A DNA stretch of 61,533 nt, filler included, from Corallochytrium limacisporum Hawaii (lineage: Eukaryota > Protista > Pluriformea), in NCBI GenBank assembly GCA_002811645.1. It is 3 parts of 3 records of this genome, joined end to end, with 100 filler letters (N's around TTAATTAATTAA, not from the genome) between each part and the next. Parts side by side here need not be neighbours in the genome. Positions count along the whole stretch, not along the records: positions 30,009 to 59,846 come from PDIP01000108.1; 2 more parts are not named here. One strand, given 5' to 3'. The translations under genes were made by a program, and so were the position numbers. Below the pieces are notes generated by a model. That model saw only the letters and a list, made by a program, of their open reading frames with translations. It ran no database searches and was not told the origin of the DNA. Below are positions 33,024 to 44,036 of the stretch, piece after piece. How positions within the stretch are numbered: the first letter of the stretch is position 1; each line of letters begins with the position of its first letter.

Positions 33024-34819
33024 CGTTATCCTTAGGGTGTGAAACAAAAGGTAGAAAACCTCTACTGTTTGATTCTCTACGCTTGGATAAAAATCGCTCG
33101 TAAGTACCGTTACCGGCAACCAGCTTGCTTTCATCTCTTCCTTCCACGCGACTACGAACTCTTTTACGATACGTACGGACGACAGGGGCGCGGCCTGGCG
33201 CCCCTCCTCTCCTCCATCATTTAGTGTATTCTACCGCAGCATCAGCAGCACCAGGTTAGCCCCCAACGGACTCGATGCCTGTGCCAGTTGATGTATTTTT
33301 GCGTACCCGAAAAAGGAAGGAAATAATGTGTCGGGTCCATGTATTGTCGACTTTCATAACGAGGCTGCCTGCGGTTTGTTCTGCGCAATGGTGGCCGTGG
33401 TGTTTCCACCTCCCCGCCCCGATTATTTTAAGTGGCACATCTGTTTCACTAACTCCACTTTGTGCCAGCTATCATGCACGATATGAGGTCATGTCATACG
33501 CATTGGCGACTAACGAGTCCATATTCATATACATAGTTTGCACAGTGCGACAAGACCAAGGGACACGGCATGCAACAGTGTGACTTTTTGGAGCTACGAT
33601 GCGTGCTTCGTTGCAAAGGTTCCAGCAAATTAGGTGACTGCCCTATAGTGAAAGAGTACGCTAAGAATGGAGCTACACCCCCCGGCCATCCCCAAGGCTC
33701 CGCCCCCTCCGAAATACTGACAACAAGACGGTGTGAGAAGTAGGAAATCTGGCTTGGGGAGGTGGGTGGCTTGTGAGTCAATCCTGATTGATATTCCATC
33801 TCATTGTTCTGGGATTCGGTAGCGTCCGCCGGAAAATGACAATTTCCGCCCAGAACAAAGAAGAACTCTGGTGGCCTTGCTGCGAGCGAGAAGCAGCCTC
33901 CTGAATTGAATTCTGAGCAATTCACACTTACTTGGTCATTAGCCTGCAATACATACTGCTATCAAAATGGCCAACACGCCATTTTCGACGCAGCGAGCGT
34001 CTGAAGTACTGGTAGCTAGCGACAGTTTTACTGACCCATTCTTTTTCTTAACACTTTTCTCCTTGCATTAGGAATTTGCAATGCACATAGTCGCGCCACC
34101 ATCAGCAACTGGTTCAATTTCCGTTGGCTGTAGTGAATAAGAATGCCTGTCAGCATATCTCCAGTACTAGTACCGAATACTAGCAGGAGTAAAACTCCAC
34201 TGTCACACTCCTACTATCCTTAGGCATAGTGGGTCGCGCTAGTGAGTGTAGCAGAGCACACGGGGATTGCTCACTTTTCGTGTCTCCCAGGCTGCAACGC
34301 CCATACTGATCGGCATGAACACGCACAAGGTGGTTGCTGTGAATGCCTTGTGTCCGAAGGTCTGTTGGGCAGCTGGCTTGAAAGCCGAATTGATGGGTTT
34401 CTGATAGGTCCGCACAAGCCAATTGGTGCTCCTTAATCATCCCCAGCATTGAGCGAGAGTATTTCTGTAGAAGAGCCCCAACCTCCAACTGTGACGGGTG
34501 GTACCGGTGCGAAGGGGGGCAATAGCGAGGACACATGGGCATCGGCCCACCACCACTCAGTAGTGAGCGGGTCGGTCTGCAGTCAGCAAGGGCAACACTG
34601 GAAGCTTGCAAATACAGACTGGGAAAGTCATCACTTCGTAGTTAGCTTCTCATACGTAGCAAACACTACTTAAAGAGTCCGTATAGTATCAGTATAGATC
34701 CAACTACCACTGCTCGTGACAAAACGAGCAAGGGCAGATTTGGTGTAATCAGCGGTCTGTATGTGGGCCCCTCAATCGACTGTTTCACACAGGATAATTC
34801 CGGTACACACGAAAGCATA

Positions 34820-35644
34820 ATGTCAGGAGTCGGAATATCATCGGAGCGGCACCACCCGATCATTGAAAGTCTCTACGGCTTAGGCACAGGTGTTCTTTTT
34901 GGCACCACCGCCGTTATAGTTGGCCATCCGTTTGACACTATCAAGACCAAAATGCAGGCCCAAACAGGGTTCGCACAGGGACGAATGAGCAGTTGCTTTA
35001 TTAAAGTACTGAAGACGGAGGGAGTAAAGGGTTTGTATAGAGGTGTTATCCCTCCTATGCTGGGAAGTGGAATCTATAGAAGTACACAGTTTGGTGTATT
35101 CGAGGGAGTTTACACCGCAACTAAGGAAATTGACTTCCTCACTACGCCGATCCCTGGTCTCTTCGGGCTTCAGGGTCGAGTGATTCTGGGTGGTGCCTGT
35201 GGTGCTCTTGTTAGATCCTTCGTGGAGACACCGCTGGAATACATTAAAGTTCGCCGTCAGGTGGGTCAGAGTTGGAACTTCCGGAGTGTATATACGGGTC
35301 TCGGTGCCACCGCCAGTCGCAATCTGGGTGCGGTGACCAGTTTCTTTGTATTTGTGGACCATGCTAAGCGTCACTATCCGGGAATGAACCCTTTCTTTAT
35401 GGGCGCTATCTGCTCTACTATAGGCTGGTGGATCATCTGGCCCATTGATAGCATCAAGTCTAATATCCAGGGCAGTGGAGGAAAGATGGGTCCTATGGAG
35501 GCTTTAAGATACATTAAGAATTCCCGAGGTGGGTTCTTGGGATTGTACAGAGGTATTCTGGCTGGCACTCTCCGTTCATTCACAGCCAACGGGGCCAGCT
35601 TTGCTGTGATGAGCTATGCCCAGAAGATGCTTAGACAGAGCTGA
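34820..35644 (+). CDS. Mitochondrial carrier (SLC25), carnitine/ornithine-carrier-like
   Basis: Three PxD/ExxKxxxQ motifs: HPFDTIKTKMQ, TPLEYIKVRRQ, WPIDSIKSNIQ; GLYRG motifs. First ATG at 34820. Confidence 0.9.
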   Translation: MSGVGISSERHHPIIESLYGLGTGVLFGTTAVIVGHPFDTIKTKMQAQTGFAQGRMSSCFIKVLKTEGVKGLYRGVIPPMLGSGIYRSTQFGVFEGVYTATKEIDFLTTPIPGLFGLQGRVILGGACGALVRSFVETPLEYIKVRRQVGQSWNFRSVYTGLGATASRNLGAVTSFFVFVDHAKRHYPGMNPFFMGAICSTIGWWIIWPIDSIKSNIQGSGGKMGPMEALRYIKNSRGGFLGLYRGILAGTLRSFTANGASFAVMSYAQKMLRQS

Positions 35645-36716
35645 ATCTCATCCGCTTGCCATTATGTTCATGATCATGACGTTGGGTTTCAGAAAATATA
35701 AGGATCCTGTTCTTTAGCTGTGGACATGTAAACACCCTGAGCCGTAGACCACTAAGGACGTCTGCAGACAAAGCAATCATGAGCTGTTGGCTGTTTATGT
35801 TCTGTAGCTGGGCTGAGGGCATTGTAAAGACTGGCACCTCAGTACCGTCTTCACTGGAGCCGGCGGTGTTTTTGGCAGCCTCTGTCTTCTTTCCACATTG
35901 ATCTGTACCTTTCTCCCTGCTTTCACCGACCACAGAAAGTGACCCTTTCTTGTGACATTTGACAGTCTGGTACTCGATGTAGTCAAGGACACGGATTTTA
36001 CAAGCTCGCTCATTGCCTTCAGACCAGAGAGTGAGCATGTCCTGGTTGAAAGCTGAACAGAGGGAGGCCAGATGCAGCGGTGGACAGGAAGCAGACGAGA
36101 AGGAGCGCACGCCGATGCAATACAGTACCCATTTGATGTATGGTAAAGACACCACTTCAGATGGAACTGTCCAAGCTTTGTGAAAGCATGCAGCAGTGCC
36201 CATCAGTGTGCACAGCGTAGCAAAGACAACAAGCTCGGCAGCGGCCATATTCTGCGGTGTGTTGTAAACTCGGGACAGTACACTGTGGCGGAAACTTGGC
36301 GTCATTTTCGGAACCGTCTAGTACGGTCCACACAGAGGGATATGCAAAGGAGCTCCGAGATTCAGAGGTAGCCATCGGGAGAAAGTACGAAGCCGTGGAG
36401 GATGGATGGCACCCATGCGTCCCTTTCCAGCAAGCTTTATAATGGTGTTGACAGCATATCATGCCTTGTCGGCGGCACTTGGCTCCTGACGGACCCCCAG
36501 GGTGATGCTGTCCACTGCCCGACAGTCTGCCACTGCCTGGAGATACCGCGTAGCATCTAGGTCATTTAGCGCAATTGTGGAGACCCCCTCCGTCGTGCTA
36601 ACCACCTCCTTCTCACCCAGGATCCCCTTTCCCCGTCCTTCACTGCTCAGTCGACATCCGGCAGGTTCCGAAAATGTAGAATACTCCTTGAGCTTGGCCT
36701 GGGCAGAGAAAAGGAC
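35631..36716 (-). pseudogene. Unknown gene: 362-codon frame with two internal stops (or an intact 224-aa ORF at 35631-36305)
   Basis: One reading frame from 36716 to 35631, interrupted only by TGA (36461-36459) and TAG (36320-36318); no recognisable family. Confidence 0.45.
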
Positions 36717-37075
36717 CTGAAACTTACCGGAAATTGAAAAAGATTGCCGGCAGAGAAAAATTCCATTGGTGCAAGAAATGACGGTTTGTGAAACACGTTC
36801 GGTTTAGAAGTATATTGATACCTCAGTACATATGGCTCAAGACCAAGTGTAACTGTCGGTCTATGGTGAATACACCAAGTAGGACTGGCCCTCCCTCAAA
36901 AGGAGGGGACTTGTCAAACAATCGGCTTCAAGTTTGCAAGGGCAGTAATACTAGTAGATGAAACAAACCTCTAGCATGGGATCTATGTATGAAATGTTTA
37001 TGACTATGGAAATATGTTGATGTGGTGGCTTAAATGTCGTGAATGCTTACATGTGCTAATCTCAAGGGGGCAGCT

Positions 37076-38140
37076 TTAGACTACCTGCGGCGCAGGCTGC
37101 GATTGGGCCATTTCAGGCATCTCAATCTGCTGACCCTGCTCGAGGTCAGTGTTGTCCGAGGAGGTGGCACCCGTGTCTTTACTAAGGGGCTCGATGTCCG
37201 TGATGTGGTTCAGGGGGAAGGACCGCTTAAACAGCTCAGCCAGAATGATCAATTCGAAAGTGAAGAGCATGGACTGCAACATCACTGCAATGTCGTCTCC
37301 GGTGAAGATGCCATTAGAGCCCACAACGTTCCTGGCAGCCAAGAATGAGAGCACCAGCGTCTGTACGACCGCAAATACAAACATAAGCTTCACAGCAATG
37401 AATTGCAAACCTGCGTTGTACTTGCTCAAGACTGGCCGACCCGCGCGGTAGATGGAAAGAAGTCCGTAGATACAGAATACAAGAGAGATGAAGCTCAGGT
37501 ACTGAATGATCAGTCTAGAGGAACTCAGGCTCTTGTCATCCTCGTGGTATTTGCCTTCACCCTGGAGAATTAACGCGATCAAATAAAGCAGAGGACGGAC
37601 AATGGCAGTCTGCAGGATGATGATCTCGAAGAAGCGCACCTTCTTAGGGCTGTCAATTTTGTCCGGCTTAGTACAATGCCTCAAGCAGCAGCACGGGATT
37701 GTAGCCCAGATTTTCTCCGCATGATCCACGTCCCGAAGAGTTTCCTGAAAATGCTTGGGTCCTCCCAGATATTCCTGGCAAAGGAAAAAGAATACAGTAA
37801 GTACAATACCCTCTACGATTACTAAAAAGAATTCCATAAGCACGCCTTGCTTCAGGAAGGTGACAGAGAGGATACTAATAAAGGACAGGATCGGCAAACT
37901 CGTCAGGATAACAGTCTTGTACCAATTAATGTGGTGCCGAGAAGCGACCTGTTCCTTGTTTTCAGAGCGAAAGCGTCCCTTTGGGCGCCGAGCCATTTTC
38001 AAATGCGCAATAATGTGCGGCCCCACAACAAAGAGCAGGACCACGAAGAAGAATATGCATAGTCCCCAGAAGACATAATACAGAGCTTCTCCAGATTCGA
38101 AGGCCTCTTTCACCGTTGGGCTATCGTCGTTGCTGACCAT
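37076..38140 (-). CDS. TMEM184 / organic solute transporter alpha family membrane protein
   Basis: Seven hydrophobic segments, FFFLCQEYLGG, IPCCCL, ILQTAIVRP, QFIAVKLMFVFAVVQ, terminal FE..I...LFKRSF. First ATG at 38140. Confidence 0.85.
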   Translation of the reverse strand: MVSNDDSPTVKEAFESGEALYYVFWGLCIFFFVVLLFVVGPHIIAHLKMARRPKGRFRSENKEQVASRHHINWYKTVILTSLPILSFISILSVTFLKQGVLMEFFLVIVEGIVLTVFFFLCQEYLGGPKHFQETLRDVDHAEKIWATIPCCCLRHCTKPDKIDSPKKVRFFEIIILQTAIVRPLLYLIALILQGEGKYHEDDKSLSSSRLIIQYLSFISLVFCIYGLLSIYRAGRPVLSKYNAGLQFIAVKLMFVFAVVQTLVLSFLAARNVVGSNGIFTGDDIAVMLQSMLFTFELIILAELFKRSFPLNHITDIEPLSKDTGATSSDNTDLEQGQQIEMPEMAQSQPAPQVV

Positions 38141-41100
38141 TGTGTAGTATATGTGTTTTCTGTTGTACAAGAGTTCTTTAACACGAAGTTGATATTACTC
38201 GGTTTTCTACGGATTGCTGGACATCGGTCGACACACACTCTTAAATACCATCTGACAACCGAACCTGATCATCAAGAGACACCTTAACAGAGGAAGATAA
38301 CTATATGCATTGATACCGACGGGAAAGAAGCCAAACAAACACGGCCAAGAGACATTAAAGAAGTGCCTTACCCTAGGAACACAAAACCCAAGTTGGTCAT
38401 ATATAGAGAGCGACTGCGCAAAAATCGCCTTTGTTTCACCTCAGAGGGATATTTTCAGGGGAGATGCGAAAATCCATAGCGAATGAATGGTGCCCTGATT
38501 GGGTTTGAGTGATCCAGAAAGAGAAACCGCAAGCCCTTCCATGAGGCTATTCACCTTTCGCCCACACATGGGCAACGCGAGCGCCATAGAACTCTCCCCC
38601 CTCCCCCGGGGGAGGTGGAAAGGGAGAGGACTTCTAGCCGTCTTTTCCCTCCCGTTGTTTCCAACCGGTTTTCGCCCGCAGCCATCAAAGCCACTATACC
38701 TCGCAAGCCCCAGGGAAGAGAGAAAATTTTCTGTCGGTGTACTTCTACGCACACCCAGCTTCCTCCGACGTTGGAGTCGAAATGGAAGGAAGAGCTCCAA
38801 CTTGAATTCTTTCCTCTGCCGCTGGGTCCCTGAGAGACCCGCAAACAGGAAGTACTAAAATGACCTTGGTAGGTTCAGACCTCGGATCATTTCATGTCAA
38901 ACCCCTCGCCCACCCGGGTGGAGAGGTTACAGCCGCCCGCTTTCGCTTCTTTCTTTGTTTGGAGACACGACCATGCGTTTGGTTTCACCACTTTTTGTGA
39001 TAATTTTAGGCAGGTCGACGGGGAGAATTTTTCTTCTCATCCGCATGCTCCGGTCCTTTCACTGCGCCATTTCTTTTCTTTTCTCTGCAGGAGATCTCTC
39101 CTCGAGAGGCAAATACATTGGGAAGATTAGTTACGTAAATAAGGAGTCACACTACCAAGCGAGCTCCCAAGCCCGCCCCTGGAAAGGAGAGCCACACCCG
39201 GCCCTCCCGTCCCAGCCCTTCCGCAGATGAACCATACTGAACTGAGAACAAAATCTTTACTTGTTTTTGCTTATTTTTTTTTTGAACACCGGCATGGTGA
39301 AGCCACTGCTCTCTAAATCACACACTTTCACTGGCCAAAAAACGTTTCTGCTCACAATGGGGGAGGCCTATGCGCACAAACATTATTTGAAGTGCCAGTC
39401 ATGCGCACTGAGCATGCGCATTCTCCTGATTGTATAAGTCTCCCAGAAGTATATCGTGCTCCTATCAAAACAGACGGTGATCCAACTGCGAGCGACGCCG
39501 GGCTGAAAAGATTAGGTCCCGCAGCCAGACGAGTCAAGGAAGGGCTCGGTTTGGGATTGCTGGAGATTACAAGGGTTCCCTCTGCGACCTCCCCCGCCCC
39601 TCGAAAGGGTCCCCAGAAGAGAAGAGGATCAAATCCGCGAAGCAAAAGCGAAAAAAAAATGAAGAGATGCAGGAAGAAATTTTTTTTGGTTCAACGGTTG
39701 TTTCACTATGAACTACTATTCCTCTCGCGACCGAGAGGAGCACATGGTTCGTCTTTCGGAACATGGCCTTGAGAGATGGGGAGGGAAGAAGAAGGTTCTT
39801 TCAAGACCCCCCTCCCTATCCAAGTTTGTCGGCATTCGTTTAGTTCCTTACATATGGTACTTTTTATAATTCCCGACGATCCCGATGCAAAAGAGCTAGC
39901 GATGGAGAGTGGGAGACTTAACTGACGACAAACGGGGCTTTCCTCTAGGTGCCGCAGCTCTATGGTTCCTACTAGCAGTCTTGCTGTTGTCCGGCCGCGG
40001 GCCCCTACCAACCCCCTTCAGCGAGATTTCTGCAACCAATTTCGCACTCAAACGCCAGCCTCAGTTGCGCGACTGGCGACGGGTTGAGTATGGTTTTCAC
40101 TGCTACTCTGATCACACCGCCGTTGTCGTGCCCAGAATCATGAAAATGGCCGCTTTTATTTCTTCATTGGAGTTTTTGCCCCAAGTCAATTAAAGCTCTC
40201 GTGATCGAACTGTCAATTGGGAGGAAGTATAGATGGTTGTTTCCTTTCATACGTTCTGGAATAGTAAGGCGACCGTTAGTGGCGGGTGTGGGTGGAGGAA
40301 GTTCTACGACGGTGCAAATCGGGCAAAGGATGCAAGGTGAACCCCCTATGTCAATGCCGGTCCACCGGCCACCAACACCAACCTAATGAATAGCAAAGCC
40401 TAGCAAATCATGATCTCCATGCCAGCGTCGTCTCTTTTTCAATGTTAATTGCTACGCATTTCTGAGCCGACCGTTAGGATGCTGGTGTGTACACGGTATG
40501 TCAAGTAGGCGACAAGCTTTAACTACTAAATTACGGAGATTGATGACGATACTATGTGCCAGGACATTCCTCCTGCCGATCATGGGTGCCTTACTCGCCA
40601 GTGAAGGATGTTCTCTACTCCTCCTCTATCACGGCCATATTGAAGATACATACATCATCGAGACAGCCTCTGAACTGACAGGAAATGGTCTCTTCGTAGT
40701 AAGGGATCGTCTACGGGTGGTGTGAGTACCTGGTGAAGTTTGTGAAGGTCCCACTCTCGCAGCCCACTCTCATATAACACCTACTGAGAAAGGCAATAGA
40801 ACAATATGACCTTTTCCCATCTATTACTACGGGGGTCACACATCGCCGATTCGCCCCTATCCAGTCATATGCGACGTTCTTGTCTTTCCAACCGGATTCT
40901 TCCCGACTGGGCTTCCATACGTCTTCTACTAGAAATTTGACCATTTTTTCTAAGCCAAATTCATCCGAAGGCAGTGCTCCTTCGTCTGGGAACCGATTTG
41001 GACGATTGTGGGAACCGGAGAACGTCTGCGGGGCCTGGGCCCACCGCGGGGAGAGGGTGGGTAGGGGACGAAGGCAACGCGCTACGAAACGGCCAGTACA

Positions 41101-42965
41101 ATATTAAGTGTGCTTGGTTAGCCAGGAGAGCCAAGGACCGCTCCGCGGGTCAACCTTGCCTCGCTTTCCGTGTTTCAGCAACTGCAACCCACTACTTCGG
41201 TGTGCGGGCGGGATATCCCCGTTCGCCTTCCTCGGCAAAGGCCTTCGGTTCCCCTCACATTATGGTATCGTCCTGACAAAAACCCTCACCTGATAAGCTG
41301 GAAGTCTATAGTTTAGTCCAGTACCCCACCGCAGGTAGATTGGCCGGACACAAGTGAGAGACTCCATCCCGCGGTCGAGTCTACTGTCTCGAAATTTGTG
41401 AGAGAAGAAGAGGTTTCTTCTTGGTTGTTGGAGAAGATTTGAGCGTGTGAGCGTCAATACGGGACTAATATACATGGGCTGACCGATACACAAGGATTCT
41501 TCGGCTCATGCCATTTTCGCTCGCTCCTTCTTTCAATTTCATTCCCGGGCTGTCTGCGGGGCACTTTTTGACCGTGGGGTATTCATATTTCGCTGTTCAC
41601 TGAGGACACTTTCCATTTTATTCAGTGACACGATTCTGAAATCATCATCTCGCCAGGCCTGTCCCCCTTCCATTGCTGTGTCGCACATTCAAAGGTGAAA
41701 ACCCAAGGAAACCAAGGCCAGTGGCTTAGTGCGTGTCCATCGAAACACATCATTGATGATCAACAGAATGAAACCTTCGACTGTCTCTCGGTTGGGGTGG
41801 GGGAATGCTGCAGTAGTTGAGGCTGATTCAAGTCGTTCGTGTATAGATTCCCGCTTTGTACTTCTCATTGCCGCGTAAGCAGGGTCTTGCGGGATCGTTT
41901 GCACAGGAATTCGTGTTGACAGCTTAATGCTGAATTGTGTGTGCATGATAGTTTGTGCATGTCAGCCCAAGAGATCCAGCTGACTCGGTTCACAAGAGGA
42001 AGTCTACGAGTTGTCAGGTGAACATGAGGACTGTGTCAATAAAGGCAGTGGAAGATGAGCCTGGACGATGACCACTTCGGGACCATCCAAGAACTTTTCC
42101 GTTACCTCTTAGATGCCAGTGCATGTGTTTACCAACTTTGGCAATCTTAATCCTCAGGAGTGTAGTGGCATTTGACCAAGCACCTGTCTACTTCATTCCC
42201 ATGGTGTTTGATTAAGTGACTGTCTGACTACCCAAAATTGTAAAAGGTCGGGCCACAAGGGTACGGTCAGCTACACGCCGGGACTGTGTGCATGGCCATA
42301 AACGGGGATTTTCAATGTCGAGGTGTTTGTGGAGGGGGGGGGATGCATGGGCTCTCTCCTCGGGTGAATCAGAAGACCTTCATCTTCGATCGAAACAAGA
42401 ATGAAACTGTTCTGTTTCTGGTCATCAGGGAGGCTCGTCAACCCATACTTTCAATGCCGACGTTTACGCCATCACCACTACCACCTGAGGACACAGTGTT
42501 GGCAGCCGTCGTAGTCTTTCCGCACATTGATTATCCCCCTCGTTCACGTCATAGTACCATTCCTCACTGATGATGAATCACGCACCAGAGGATTGCCATG
42601 GCTCCACTATCTTGCCAGGTAGGCCAGTTTATAGGACTTAGTGCCGCATTAAGTGCATCTCTGAGGGGTTCTGTCCTTCGCGTAGCCGAGTCAGCGCAAT
42701 TATCCTTTCCGAACAGGGACAACAAGCCCGGAGAGCCGTTGAACTTTGCTGCCCTTCTCTTGCGTGGAATTGGTGCACCGGCCTTCAAGTCTGCGATCCC
42801 GTCAGTGTTTGGTAGGTTCGTCAAATATTTTCCATTTTTGGCAAACACTCGACTTGGACCTTGGTTGTTGCGGCGCATTGATTATGGAAAGACGTGCTGC
42901 CGCCCATTCGAGAAGTAGACTTGCCGCAGTGCAAGAACGTGTATTTGGTATACCTGGTATTCGGG

Positions 42966-42992
42966 TATATAGATATATATATATATATATAT
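42966..42992. repeat. (TA)n microsatellite
   Basis: Nearly pure TA dinucleotide run with one interruption. Confidence 0.85.
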
Positions 42993-43482
42993 CCGGAATG
43001 TCCTTAATTTTCAAGCTGCTCAGCAACCGCTGCCATTCAGATCGAAGAAAGGGAGGGAGGGCCGTAAACCGAAGAGAAAGAGGTTCGACAGCAGTGCTAG
43101 ACCCAAAAATAAAGTTGCTGAAATACTGCTGGTACTGACGCTATAGAGAAAGAAAATTTCCAGGGCCCCGAATAGAGAGGTCTGAAACCGCCCAGAATTC
43201 AAATGTGATGCAGGTGACGACAAGAGCAGCGACTCAGTGCGGACGCAAGGCGGGAGCGACAACGAATCAGTTCGAAAGCGTGGCCTTCAACCCGGTGTAT
43301 CAATACATGGAGAGCTCTCAAAGGAGTGGAGAACCTGTTCGTTGTTGATACGACGAGCTTAATCTGAATAGACATCAAACCTGCTTTACAGGTATAAAAT
43401 TCTGTAAGGATTCAACTTAAATTTCTTATCGTTACAGTGCTAGAGAAGTTGGGATTTAGATTCAAGGGCTCAGTTCTTCAAG

Positions 43483-43962
43483 ATGAGTAGCCTCATCACA
43501 GGTGCCCATGTGACCTACAAGCTGCTCCGCAGTATACCGAACATGCCACCACATAAGCAGAGAATATTGAAGGCGACAATAGCAGTTCTATTGATCTACA
43601 TTGGATACAATTACATCCAGGAGCAGTTCCTCAAACCTTCAGCTAAGCCAGCTGCGGATCCTCCACCGGTCAGGGACGAGGACGCATTACAACTAAAAGA
43701 TCTTGACGTGTCCATTTTATCAGACCTGGATAGTCCTGCTTCAGATGCAGACTTCAAAACAACGTATTATTCAGCAGTACTCAAACATGCAAAGCGGAAT
43801 GCCACGCATTGTACGCCTGCGACCAGTTCTGTGAGGCCGGCTCCTCGATCAAAAGCAGCGTCAGCGCTTCGCCCTCGCACAGCATTTGGTGACATTCAGA
43901 ATAGCCAACCTTCCCAAATCTATCTCCCAGACGTACCTGCTAATTTGAGTTTTCGGGTGTGA
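43483..43962 (+). CDS. Small orphan membrane protein with a cyclin-B-type destruction box
   Basis: 159 aa, ATG in AAGATG context, one TM helix (ATIAVLLIYIGYNYI) and LRPRTAFGDIQN near the C-terminus. Ends 74 nt from the convergent TBC gene, like the other gene pairs here. Confidence 0.7.
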   Translation: MSSLITGAHVTYKLLRSIPNMPPHKQRILKATIAVLLIYIGYNYIQEQFLKPSAKPAADPPPVRDEDALQLKDLDVSILSDLDSPASDADFKTTYYSAVLKHAKRNATHCTPATSSVRPAPRSKAASALRPRTAFGDIQNSQPSQIYLPDVPANLSFRV

Positions 43963-44036
43963 ATTCAAATAACGTAGTATAGGGCATATAAATACTTAAC
44001 ATATATCTTCTTTAACTGAGGGGTCAATGTCTTCTG

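Noticed and set aside
42046-42150. SH2-like fragment WKMSLDDDHFGTIQELFRYL
   Set aside because: One short motif with no FLVRES-like upstream element; could be chance.
42564-42878. Doublecortin-like RVFAKNGKYLTNL in a 104-aa minus ORF
   Set aside because: Too short to support; both strands are open, so the coding strand is ambiguous.
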